A program made the position numbers and the translations under genes. From an uncultured Polyangium sp. (lineage in GTDB: Bacteria; Myxococcota_A; Polyangia; Polyangiales; Polyangiaceae): a stretch of 34,442 nucleotides of DNA. The notes under the pieces were generated by a model. That model was given only the letters and a program-made list of their open reading frames with translations, had not been told where the DNA came from and made no database searches. Shown here piece by piece: positions 1 through 8,080 of this stretch. Numbering within the stretch: position 1 is the first letter of the stretch; each line of letters begins with the position of its first letter. The stretch lies in contig CAYWZX010000118.1 of the NCBI GenBank assembly GCA_964462915.1, positions 1-34,442 on the forward strand. The letters are read 5' to 3'.

Positions 1-27
1 CTGGGTTTGTCCGCCCCGGGAGGGTTC

Positions 28-110
28 GATTTTACGGCGTCGCGGCACCCCGAACACGCCCGCTGCGCGGGCTCAAACAGCGGGGTCCCCGCCGCAAACG
101 CCGTAAAATC
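28..110. repeat. Nested imperfect palindrome. The outer 13-bp perfect inverted repeat is gattttacggcgt (28-40) paired with acgccgtaaaatc (98-110). Inside it are the GC-rich sub-palindromes gcccgc-tgc-gcgggc and gcggcacccc paired with ggggt(cccc)gccgc.
   Basis: Reverse-complement pairing read directly from the sequence. There is no T-run after it, so it is not a classic intrinsic terminator. Confidence 0.5.
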
Positions 111-277
111 AAACCGCTCCCAGGGCTCGCATGATCCGCGGTGAAACCCTGGTAGACACCCTCTGAGATCCGGGTTGTTCCTTTTCCGTGCGCACGACTT
201 GAAAACGCGCCGGAACCGTGTACTGTCGCGCCAAACGGACGAACGTATTCGTCGTTCCATCGTGTGGGAGGGTCAAC

Positions 278-1096
278 GTGACGACATCAAAAAAGTGGGA
301 AGTCGGGGTATTGGGCGGTATTGGCATGCTCATTGGCGGTGCGTGCATGCTGTTCGCGATCGTGGGGATCTTCAATACGGCATTTGACCTGCATTTGGCG
401 CTCGGGAGTTACGGTTCGAGCACTCCATTGCCGAATTCTTACGACGAAGTAGCAGGACTCTTTGCGGCCGGTTTGCTGATTGTTGTCCTTTCGGCCTTTG
501 GTAGCTTTGTTTTGACCAAGTTCAAAGAAGCCCACGGCAAACCCCTCGTACGTGTCGGAATCATCCTTGGTGCATTGCTCTTGCTGACGCTTGCGGGACG
601 TGGTGTGCAGATCCTCGCGCTGAAGAGCACCTATGGGAGTATGCTTGCCTATTACGCAACAGACGGGGATTTGGACGACGTCAAAGCGGAGCTTCGAAAA
701 AAGCCAAGCAAAGATGATTTGGATCATGCCGTGAGTCGGGCGGCGCAATACAACAATGCACCAGCGTTGAAGTTACTCTTGGAAGCAGGCGCAGATTTCA
801 AGCAATCGTCTTCACCCGAGAATCGCCGATTCTGTCCTTTGTTTGGGAAAAACTACGAATTCACGAAGACGGCGCTCGAGCATGGCGTTCGGCAGGATGG
901 TTGTCCGAAAGGTGAATTGGCGGTGTACGAGGCAGTATCGTCCGGGAAAAACGACGAAGAAACGGAAAAGGTCGTGAAGCTTTTGGTGGATGCGGGATTT
1001 TCGACGACGGCCAAACCCGACTATTCCAAGGAAAACCCGCTCGAACTGGCCAATTCCAAAAAATGGCCGCTGACGGTCAAGGTGCTACACAAGTAG
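278..1096 (+). CDS. Hypothetical membrane protein. It has 3-4 N-terminal TM helices and a C-terminal ankyrin-repeat-like segment (PALKLLLEAGADF).
   Basis: The ORF is 218..1096 in the track. A GTG at 278 is preceded by gggaggg 7 nt upstream. The hydrophobic stretches GVLGGIGMLIGGACMLFAIVGIF, LFAAGLLIVVLSAFGSFVL and VGIILGALLLLTLAG are visible. The ankyrin-like motif sits near residue 190. Confidence 0.55.
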   Translation: MTTSKKWEVGVLGGIGMLIGGACMLFAIVGIFNTAFDLHLALGSYGSSTPLPNSYDEVAGLFAAGLLIVVLSAFGSFVLTKFKEAHGKPLVRVGIILGALLLLTLAGRGVQILALKSTYGSMLAYYATDGDLDDVKAELRKKPSKDDLDHAVSRAAQYNNAPALKLLLEAGADFKQSSSPENRRFCPLFGKNYEFTKTALEHGVRQDGCPKGELAVYEAVSSGKNDEETEKVVKLLVDAGFSTTAKPDYSKENPLELANSKKWPLTVKVLHK

Positions 1097-1125
1097 AAGC
1101 GGCCGAGTGAACGAGGTGTTCGGGG

Positions 1126-2145
1126 CTAGAAAAAATGCGCAATGGCGGCAAGCCAGGCGGGTTTGTCACTGTAAAGCTGTTGGAAATAGCCGTGCAATAT
1201 TTGGGGGTCTGTCCGGGGTCTGAGCAAACCATTGGCGGCGCTGGTGCGTTGTTGGAATTCGGCCAGTGGCAAAATGACCGCAGGTAATTCATCGGCCGGG
1301 GTCAATTCATAACCAGCCATTGCGTCCGTGCGTATCAAAACGAATACGACGAACGCCGCATTTTTCCCGCCCGGTGCAATTTTTTGCAGGACTTTGGCGG
1401 GTCCGATGACTGGTTGCTTGGCCATCGTGGCGGCTAGATTTTCGCCAAACTCATCCGCCAAAATGGTTGCTGCCTCCACGTCGAGCTGATGCGTGTTGAA
1501 TTCTGCCAATGTTGATTTGTTGACAATCGAATTTCGCAGCGCGTCGGCGAATTTGGTCGCGCTGATTTCCGCCTGCGTGCCATTGAGATTAAAATGCGCT
1601 GCGTCTTGTACGAATTGTTTGACCAACTTATCCGTTGTTTTACCCGTACCGCTCGATCCCAAAGCTCCGGCTGCCAAAGGGGATGTCGACGACGATAATA
1701 CCGTGTGCGAACCGATCCCCGCGTAGGGAGCCTCGGGCTTTTCCGGCTCGGGAGCTGCCGGTTCTCGCTTGTCGTTCGGACATTTTTGCTGGTTGTAAGG
1801 TCTCGGGAAATAGCGTTTGTGGTCGTCGAGGTTCGCTTTTTCATCGAACTCGAAGATCCGATTGCCAGCAAGCTTCGCGGTTCGTTCGACGTCGTCCACG
1901 ACTGGCTTGAACGTTTCCCCGAACGTCCACTTTTTGACGGTCTCCTTCACGCCCTCTGGTCTGACGCAAACCTTGAAGACGGGCGGTGGCGCAGGAGGAG
2001 CGGGCTTGGCGGCTTTGGATGACGACGCAGCACCAGCCTTGCCCGTGCTGGGCACCTTTTTCGGTGTTGCATGTGCTGAATCCCCTACAAACAGCACAAA
2101 ACTGACTGCGGTCATGGCGGCGAAGGAGATAATTCTGAGCCCCAT
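1126..2145 (-). CDS. Hypothetical secreted protein with an N-terminal signal peptide and a Pro/Ala-rich linker.
   Basis: The 339-aa ORF starts with ATG at 2145. The N-terminus MGLRIISFAAMTAVSFVLFVGDSAHA looks like a Sec signal. I recognise no catalytic motif. Confidence 0.55.
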   Translation of the reverse strand: MGLRIISFAAMTAVSFVLFVGDSAHATPKKVPSTGKAGAASSSKAAKPAPPAPPPVFKVCVRPEGVKETVKKWTFGETFKPVVDDVERTAKLAGNRIFEFDEKANLDDHKRYFPRPYNQQKCPNDKREPAAPEPEKPEAPYAGIGSHTVLSSSTSPLAAGALGSSGTGKTTDKLVKQFVQDAAHFNLNGTQAEISATKFADALRNSIVNKSTLAEFNTHQLDVEAATILADEFGENLAATMAKQPVIGPAKVLQKIAPGGKNAAFVVFVLIRTDAMAGYELTPADELPAVILPLAEFQQRTSAANGLLRPRTDPQILHGYFQQLYSDKPAWLAAIAHFF

Positions 2146-2779
2146 GTACGACGGCTACCACAGCGATCTTGCCCTGTCAACCAAGCGGCAAACAAATATG
2201 TGTGTGGCAGGTGAAACATTCAGGACCGAGGTAAAACCGCTCGGCGATCGTTCATCCGAAGAATTTCGTAGGCGTTGCGTTACGCTGTAAAGCGCCGCCA
2301 AAGCCGAATGTTGCCGCGACGGTCGAAGGTGAGTCAATTCCGAACAACACTCCAGCTTCGAAGATTCCGCAACGGCACTTTTGGCATGGCCTCGAGCTGG
2401 CTACGACGTACCCCGTATTTACCGCGAGCGCACTTGGGTCGCAGTTTAATAGGTAAAACTAGTTATGATTATGTGTCGAGTCGTCGATATTGTTAAAATT
2501 ATTAGGTTTTTGGCAATGGCGGAGCTCGATGTGCAGGATCCTCCGAGTGCGTGCTCGGTCAGAGAATGTCTCATCACGGGGGGAAATACTTTGATTGACG
2601 CGAACGAAATGCTATCGTCGCGACGTTGCGGACTGATCCGCGCGAGTTTGGTCGATTTCTTACTTCTTGTCCCAAATCCTGATGACCATTCGAGTATTGT
2701 CAGTGGCAATGCGGGGGAAGATGTCTGAAATCGATCCGATTCAATCGAGCTGGTAAGAAGCCAGGGAGGCAGGAACGAT

Positions 2780-4564
2780 ATGACATTCGATGCGCAAAAG
2801 AAGCGCGGTGGTTGGAGACGATGGATGGCGGCAATGGCCGTAGCCATTGGAGTTGTGACCGTTGCTGGTTGCGGGACCGACCCCGTGTCGAATACGACGT
2901 CCTCGAGCGGCGAAGGTGGCATGGGAACCGGCGGCACCGGTACCGCGGGCAATGGCGGAATGGGAACCGGCGGAATGGGAACCGGCGGAATGGGAACCGG
3001 CGGAATGGGAACCGGCGGAATGGGAACCGGTGGTACTGCCACGGGGGGTTCCGGCGGGGGAACTGCGGGAATGGGCGGTGCTGGCGGCGCAGGCGGTGGA
3101 GGCTCGGCATGTCCGTCCGGACAAGCTGATTGTAATGGCACATGTACCATTACGACTTTCGATCCGAACAACTGCGGCACGTGCGGTAACAAATGCATGA
3201 ACGGCGACGTTTGTGCCAATGGTACGTGTGGTTTGTCCTGCGTTGGTGGAACCACGCAATGCAGTGGCAAATGCGTCGACATTCAAGTCGATCCGGTCAA
3301 TTGCGGCATGTGCGGCATGGGATGCGGCGCGGGTGAAGTATGTACGGCGGGCAAGTGTTTGCTCAATTGCGTCGGACAAACCTCGAAATGCGGAAACCTC
3401 TGCGTTGATCTCAAGACCGACGTAGCCAATTGCGGCGCCTGCGGAACCATCTGTGCTCAAGGCGAAGTTTGCTCGAATGGCAATTGCGGTTTGGCGTGCG
3501 TTGGTGGGACGACGAAATGCGGGAATGCTTGTGTCGATCTTGCGAATGACGGACTCAATTGCGGCATGTGCGGCACGGTGTGCGGACCGGGTGAAGTTTG
3601 CTCGGGCGGAAAGTGCAACCTCAATTGCGCCGGCGGCACGACGAAATGTGCCAATACTTGCGTCGATACCAAGATCGACCCGGGAAATTGCGGCGCTTGT
3701 GGCATCGTTTGTCCGATGGGCCAAGTGTGCTCGAATAGCTTGTGCGACACGCAATGCACCGGCGGAACCGTGAAATGCAATGGCGTGTGTGTCGACACGA
3801 AGCTCGATCCGAGCAACTGCGGCATGTGCAACAACGCTTGTGCCCCCGGCCAAGTTTGTTCGGATGGCGTTTGTGGAGATACGTGCGGTACAGGTTTGAC
3901 CAAGTGCGGCACCGAATGCGTCGATATCAAGACGGACGAAGCCAATTGCGGCATGTGTGGAAACGTTTGTCCCGCTAGCGTGAATTGCTTCAATAGCGAT
4001 TGCGCCGCAGCTGGTGCTTGCGACACGGCCATGGATTGCCAAGCTTGCCAAGATTGCGCATTCGATGGTGTTTGTTCGGACGAACTGCAAACGTGCGCCT
4101 TCAGTCCCGATTGCGCGGATCTCGCGGCCTGTTACAACGCGTGTCCGCAAGGCGACCAAATGTGCCGCGACATGTGTGATACGACGTATCCGCTCGGCGT
4201 GTCCGATTACAACAACATCATCGGGTGTCTCGCATGTCAGGAATGCACCGCGAGCTGCAATATCGATAAGGTGGCATTTGGTTGTCCGGCGAGCTGCGAT
4301 AGCGTCAATGATTGCGACGCGTGCATTGGTTGCTCGACGGACCCAGGTGGACTCTGCGAAGACGATCTGGCGATTTGTCAAGCCAATCCAGAATGCGTGG
4401 CGCTGTCGATGTGTTACAGCAATTGCGCTCCGGGGGACGACATGTGCTTCGATACTTGCGCGCAAATGCACGTGGACGGCGTAGCCGATTACAACGCAAT
4501 CGCCATCTGTGCGGTTTGTCAAGAATGCAAGAATGATTGCAATCAAGGCATGGCGTGCCCGTGA
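2780..4564 (+). CDS. Cysteine-rich repeat lipoprotein. After the signal peptide comes a lipobox and a GGMGT x5 low-complexity tract. Then come about 7 tandem units of a roughly 45-aa Myxococcus-type cysteine-rich repeat (CVGGTTKCGNxCVDxxxDxxNCGxCGxxCxxGxVCSxGxC). The protein ends with two copies of a roughly 85-aa C-rich module of C-x2-C-x2-C type.
   Basis: ATG 2780 has ggaggcaggaacgat upstream. The motif AVAIGVVTVAGCG is a lipoprotein signal. NCGxCG recurs 7 times. The C-terminal duplicated module reads CQACQDC...CLACQEC and CDACIGC...CAVCQEC. The repeat family resembles TIGR02232, recalled from memory. Confidence 0.85.
   Translation: MTFDAQKKRGGWRRWMAAMAVAIGVVTVAGCGTDPVSNTTSSSGEGGMGTGGTGTAGNGGMGTGGMGTGGMGTGGMGTGGMGTGGTATGGSGGGTAGMGGAGGAGGGGSACPSGQADCNGTCTITTFDPNNCGTCGNKCMNGDVCANGTCGLSCVGGTTQCSGKCVDIQVDPVNCGMCGMGCGAGEVCTAGKCLLNCVGQTSKCGNLCVDLKTDVANCGACGTICAQGEVCSNGNCGLACVGGTTKCGNACVDLANDGLNCGMCGTVCGPGEVCSGGKCNLNCAGGTTKCANTCVDTKIDPGNCGACGIVCPMGQVCSNSLCDTQCTGGTVKCNGVCVDTKLDPSNCGMCNNACAPGQVCSDGVCGDTCGTGLTKCGTECVDIKTDEANCGMCGNVCPASVNCFNSDCAAAGACDTAMDCQACQDCAFDGVCSDELQTCAFSPDCADLAACYNACPQGDQMCRDMCDTTYPLGVSDYNNIIGCLACQECTASCNIDKVAFGCPASCDSVNDCDACIGCSTDPGGLCEDDLAICQANPECVALSMCYSNCAPGDDMCFDTCAQMHVDGVADYNAIAICAVCQECKNDCNQGMACP
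2957..3031 (+). repeat. Perfect 15-bp tandem repeat ggaatgggaaccggc x5 (the last copy ends ggt). It encodes GGMGT x5 inside the Cys-rich lipoprotein. A degenerate copy lies upstream at about 2918-2935.
   Basis: The repeat is read directly and is in-frame within the CDS. Confidence 0.9.
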
Positions 4565-4572
4565 CGTAATCG

Positions 4573-6597
4573 TTACGAAGCGCTGACCGCTTCGCGCCTT
4601 TGCCCCCACACGCGCAAAATCAATTCCAAAGCAAATAGCCCAATCAAACCCAAAGCCACATAAGGCGATATATCCAGCGCCGGCTGTACTCCGCCTTGAG
4701 ATTCCGCGCGGGCCGTTTCGGCAATCTTGCGCGGTCGCAAATCAATTTCCCGTTCGGGAATTGCCGCAATGCGCACAGCTTGCTCGCCATCGGTATGTGC
4801 GACGTAACGACCTGCCAATGAAGTCACCACCAGCCGACGCTCTTTTTGCTCGACCACATCCATCTTGATTGGTTTGTCGCCGAGGTGCGTCGGGACGTAC
4901 TCCACGACGACGTCTTTGTATCCATCGAAGGTGAACGAATCGCCAACATCGACGAGGCGCGCTCCACCGCGGGCCCTGGCTGTCCCGACAAACCGTTCGA
5001 GTAACGCCAGAAACGCCGGGCGCAAGACAAAGTCGCTCTCCTCGGTCGAGAGGGGCAACGACAAGGCAAATACGGCACCTCGGCCCAGGGATTTGCGAAA
5101 CAGGAGCGGCGCTCCGTCACTCCAGCGCACCAGAACGTCGGCGCCTTCGGTTGCTATGGGCTCAAACGTTGTGCGTCCTTCTGGGGCCAGTTTGCTCATG
5201 CCGTCGACACTCGGTCCCAAGAAAAAAGCGCTCGAAGGCTCGGCACCTTGCACAGGACTCGAACCCCAACGCACGACACCAGCAACGACGGGGTCAAACC
5301 CCGAACCAAGCGGCGCAGCAGCAGCTCGTTTGCCAAACGTCGCGAGAAGCACGCCACCTTGTTCGACCCAGCCAGCCAACGCTTTGCGTCCTTCCGGCGT
5401 CAAACCCGGAACATCGTCGATCACGATTCCGGCCAAAGCATTCAGCTCGTCGGCATGATCTGGAACTGTTGGCAAAGGGCGCACTTCGGCATCGAGTTGC
5501 AAGGCGCTGAGGGCTTGTTCGATGGGGGGAGGACCGCCCGTTTCGACTTGTGAACTTGCGGCATCGACGACGACGCCAATGGGCAAAGATCCGCCCACGT
5601 GCACGACGGGAGCGACATCATCTTCCACGATGGCGTCGCCGGGGGAAAGCGCGACTGTCAGCTCCGCCGGCGTATCTGCAGGCACCTCCAAGACGACTTC
5701 TTCGGCTCGAATCGTGGGGCCCAAGGGCGCTGAAGCGATCTGTTTGTCGCGGCTCTGAATCGTTATCGTTCGCCCCGCAGAAGCCGATGTTTGTCCTGCC
5801 GCACCAGGCGAATTCGCCACCGGGCTACACACGACGCGCGCGCGCACTTTCACATCACTGCGATCTGCGCGCGTGACGGCACAGTCGGTGCCTTTCGCTT
5901 CGAGTTCGGGGAGTGGAATCCAAACGGGAATGTCCGAACCTGCGCCAAGTGCTGGAGAATCGGGCAAACCATCTGCAAGGTCGGAGAACAAGACGACACG
6001 GCGATCGGCATGAGGCACGCCGCGCACGAGCTCGCGTCCGAGGCGAATGGCACCTTCGAGATCGGTGGCACGATCGGAGGGCGTGATTCCATCGAGGGTT
6101 GCCTTGACTGCACCAAGGTTTGTCGTGGCCGCCAAGGCCACACGGGGAGGTGAACCGGCCAGCACGACAGCAACGGCGTCACCACTCTTGAGGCCATCGG
6201 CAAGTTCGTGGGCGGCATCGAGCGCGCGGGAAAACTTGCTGGGTTTGCCCACGGATACGCCTGATTCACCGAGTCTTGCGCGCATGCTGAGCGAGTCGTC
6301 GATGACGATCGTCAAGGCGGTGGAAGCTCCGTCCTTGCGCGTGATTCCGAGGCGTGCGCACTGGACAAACGGTGTGGCGCCAAGGGCGGCGAGCATCAAG
6401 ACGCTGAGAGCGCGCACGGAAAACAGCGCTCGATCTTCGAGCATACTGCGTCGCCGCGCGGCAGGTTGCGTGGGAGGAACCAGTTCCGCGGGGGGAAACG
6501 GTTGCTCTTCGGCTTTGCGTCGGCGCAAGAGATGCGCGGCAATTGGGGCTGCAACGAGCACCGCGACGAGGAGTGCAGCGAGCGACAAGAAGCTCAC
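4573..6597 (-). CDS. BatA-like membrane protein with a von Willebrand factor A (VWA) domain. It has an N-terminal TM (BatA_N-like), a MIDAS motif DxSxS and a C-terminal TM helix.
   Basis: The N-terminus is MSFLSLAALLVAVLVAAPIAAHLLRRRK. The stretch LTIVIDDSLSMRA is a VWA MIDAS site. The C-terminus ISPYVALGLIGLFALELIL is a TM helix. The GTG start at 6597 overlaps the DUF58 stop (GTGA), which suggests translational coupling. Confidence 0.8.
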   Translation of the reverse strand: MSFLSLAALLVAVLVAAPIAAHLLRRRKAEEQPFPPAELVPPTQPAARRRSMLEDRALFSVRALSVLMLAALGATPFVQCARLGITRKDGASTALTIVIDDSLSMRARLGESGVSVGKPSKFSRALDAAHELADGLKSGDAVAVVLAGSPPRVALAATTNLGAVKATLDGITPSDRATDLEGAIRLGRELVRGVPHADRRVVLFSDLADGLPDSPALGAGSDIPVWIPLPELEAKGTDCAVTRADRSDVKVRARVVCSPVANSPGAAGQTSASAGRTITIQSRDKQIASAPLGPTIRAEEVVLEVPADTPAELTVALSPGDAIVEDDVAPVVHVGGSLPIGVVVDAASSQVETGGPPPIEQALSALQLDAEVRPLPTVPDHADELNALAGIVIDDVPGLTPEGRKALAGWVEQGGVLLATFGKRAAAAPLGSGFDPVVAGVVRWGSSPVQGAEPSSAFFLGPSVDGMSKLAPEGRTTFEPIATEGADVLVRWSDGAPLLFRKSLGRGAVFALSLPLSTEESDFVLRPAFLALLERFVGTARARGGARLVDVGDSFTFDGYKDVVVEYVPTHLGDKPIKMDVVEQKERRLVVTSLAGRYVAHTDGEQAVRIAAIPEREIDLRPRKIAETARAESQGGVQPALDISPYVALGLIGLFALELILRVWGQRREAVSAS

Positions 6598-7529
6598 GCG
6601 CGAGCCTCCGAGACGGCTCGAACGACCGCGCGTACGGCTTCGTCGGCTGGTTTGTCCGTTGATGTATCGACAAACCTGCCACCACGACGCGTGAGTTCAT
6701 CGGAATAACGTTCGGCGATGGATTGCAAACGAGCTTGGTAAGTTGCGCGCACTTCGTCGGCATTCGTTTCCACGACGGCATTACCTTCCATCGCGCGCAG
6801 ACGTACGTGCCCGGAAAAACTGAAGGAGACCTCTTGGGGATCGAGGACGCGTACGACGACGAGCTTGCGGCCAGAGGTGCCAAGGGCGGTAAAAGCAGCC
6901 AAAGCGTGTTCGGGCAAGTCGACCAAATCGCTGACGAGGACGATGATCGAACCACGTTTGGCGCGACGAGCGATCGGTGAAAGTGCTCGCTCCATGGTTG
7001 CTTCGTCGGTCTTGGCTTCTCCCGCGGCGGTGATGGATTCGAGCGCTCCGACGACGCGGTCAAACGCTTCGCGACCACCCATCGCGGGTAGAGATAATGC
7101 ACCTCGTCCGCCAATCCATCCGAGGCCCACGGGATCGCCGCTCGAGAGGGCAACACGGGCTAGAGCTGCGGCAACGAGCGCTCCGTAGGCGAGTTTGGCG
7201 CCGGGAGCTTTGGCGCTGCGATACGCCATGGAAGCGGTTGCATCGACACACAACCAGAGCGCGCGATCCGTCTCGGTTTCGAATTCGCGGACCATCATGC
7301 GATCGTGGCGAAGAAGGGCGCGACGATCGAAAAACCGCAAATCGTCGCCCGGAACATAGGGCCTATGTCCGCCAAATTCGACGCCCGCACCTTTACGCGC
7401 GCTGCGATGCGCGCCGGCGTAAACACCTTCGGCGAGATGTCGAGCTCGCAAACGAAGCGGGCCGATGCTTCCCCAATCGATGGGAATTCCGTCGGAGGCT
7501 TTTCCTGAAGTAGGGCGAAGGTTGGCCAT
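6594..7529 (-). CDS. DUF58 family protein. This is the usual upstream partner of BatA-type VWA proteins.
   Basis: The 311-aa ORF starts ATG at 7529. I assign the family from recalled overall similarity and from the conserved DUF58-BatA gene order. I see no ATPase motifs. Confidence 0.7.
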   Translation of the reverse strand: MANLRPTSGKASDGIPIDWGSIGPLRLRARHLAEGVYAGAHRSARKGAGVEFGGHRPYVPGDDLRFFDRRALLRHDRMMVREFETETDRALWLCVDATASMAYRSAKAPGAKLAYGALVAAALARVALSSGDPVGLGWIGGRGALSLPAMGGREAFDRVVGALESITAAGEAKTDEATMERALSPIARRAKRGSIIVLVSDLVDLPEHALAAFTALGTSGRKLVVVRVLDPQEVSFSFSGHVRLRAMEGNAVVETNADEVRATYQARLQSIAERYSDELTRRGGRFVDTSTDKPADEAVRAVVRAVSEARA

Positions 7530-7669
7530 TCGTTCGACTTACAAGATTCAGTGCAGAAGCTCTCGCACGGAACCGAGCGTAGCACTAGCATGCACCTCGC
7601 CATCGTCGGTATGGCAGTGTCAGGGGCCCGAGGGTGCACGACGGCAGCGCTGGTTTCTCGCGCAAAATC

Positions 7670-8050
7670 ATGACTCTTTGGGTCGCCCTCGTGGCGTCGT
7701 GCGAAGACTCGACGCCGGTCGAGGTGCGCGTGACGCCAGTCAACTCGACGGCGCCAGTTGCTTCTGCGCCCGTCGTCGTGTCCGCAGCTCCGCCGCGTCG
7801 TCCGACCTTGCGGAATTTCCTCGTTCGTACAGACGAACGTTGTGAAGTGTTTGGCGAGGACGGCGCAGAGGTTTCTGTGGCCGAGCGAGTGCCGTGTCCT
7901 CAGGATTTGGAGGTTGGGGAGCGGATTCGTGTGGCTGGAAAAACGTGCATGCGGGATGGGCGACCGGAGAGGCGTCGGCCAGTGGTTTGTCCAGGGTCCT
8001 TGATTGCGCGAGAGATGCGGGATGCGGGAGTGGATGCGGCGACTCCCTGA
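7670..8050 (+). CDS. Small putative lipoprotein of about 126 aa.
   Basis: An internal ATG at 7670 gives MTLWVALVASCEDST, which contains an LVASC lipobox. It has no clear RBS and I recognise no homology. Confidence 0.3.
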   Translation: MTLWVALVASCEDSTPVEVRVTPVNSTAPVASAPVVVSAAPPRRPTLRNFLVRTDERCEVFGEDGAEVSVAERVPCPQDLEVGERIRVAGKTCMRDGRPERRRPVVCPGSLIAREMRDAGVDAATP

Positions 8051-8080
8051 ATTTGTTTTGAGCAGCAACGAATGAGCGGG

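Noticed and set aside
2957-3031. The 15-bp perfect tandem repeats here and at 16430-16549 as a possible CRISPR array.
   Set aside because: The units are directly adjacent with no spacers, they are only 15 bp long and they are in-frame coding repeats. No cas genes are present.
2741-4609. A 622-aa ORF on the minus strand, antisense to the Cys-rich lipoprotein.
   Set aside because: Its Ala/Arg/Thr/Gly-rich low-complexity translation is typical of an antisense frame in GC-rich repetitive coding DNA. The plus-strand gene has an RBS, a lipoprotein signal and a recognisable repeat family.
6266-7156. ORFs of 296 aa (minus strand) and 215 aa (6047..6694, plus strand) overlapping the DUF58 and BatA genes.
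   Set aside because: Both are Arg/Ser/Pro-rich shadow frames of the kind expected in high-GC DNA. They have no motifs and overlap confidently assigned genes.
7295-8068. A 257-aa minus-strand ORF and other ORFs (7465..7845, 7740..8084) in the DUF58 upstream region.
   Set aside because: The translations have no motifs and are Arg/Ser/His-rich. I preferred the plus-strand small lipoprotein, and even that only at low confidence.
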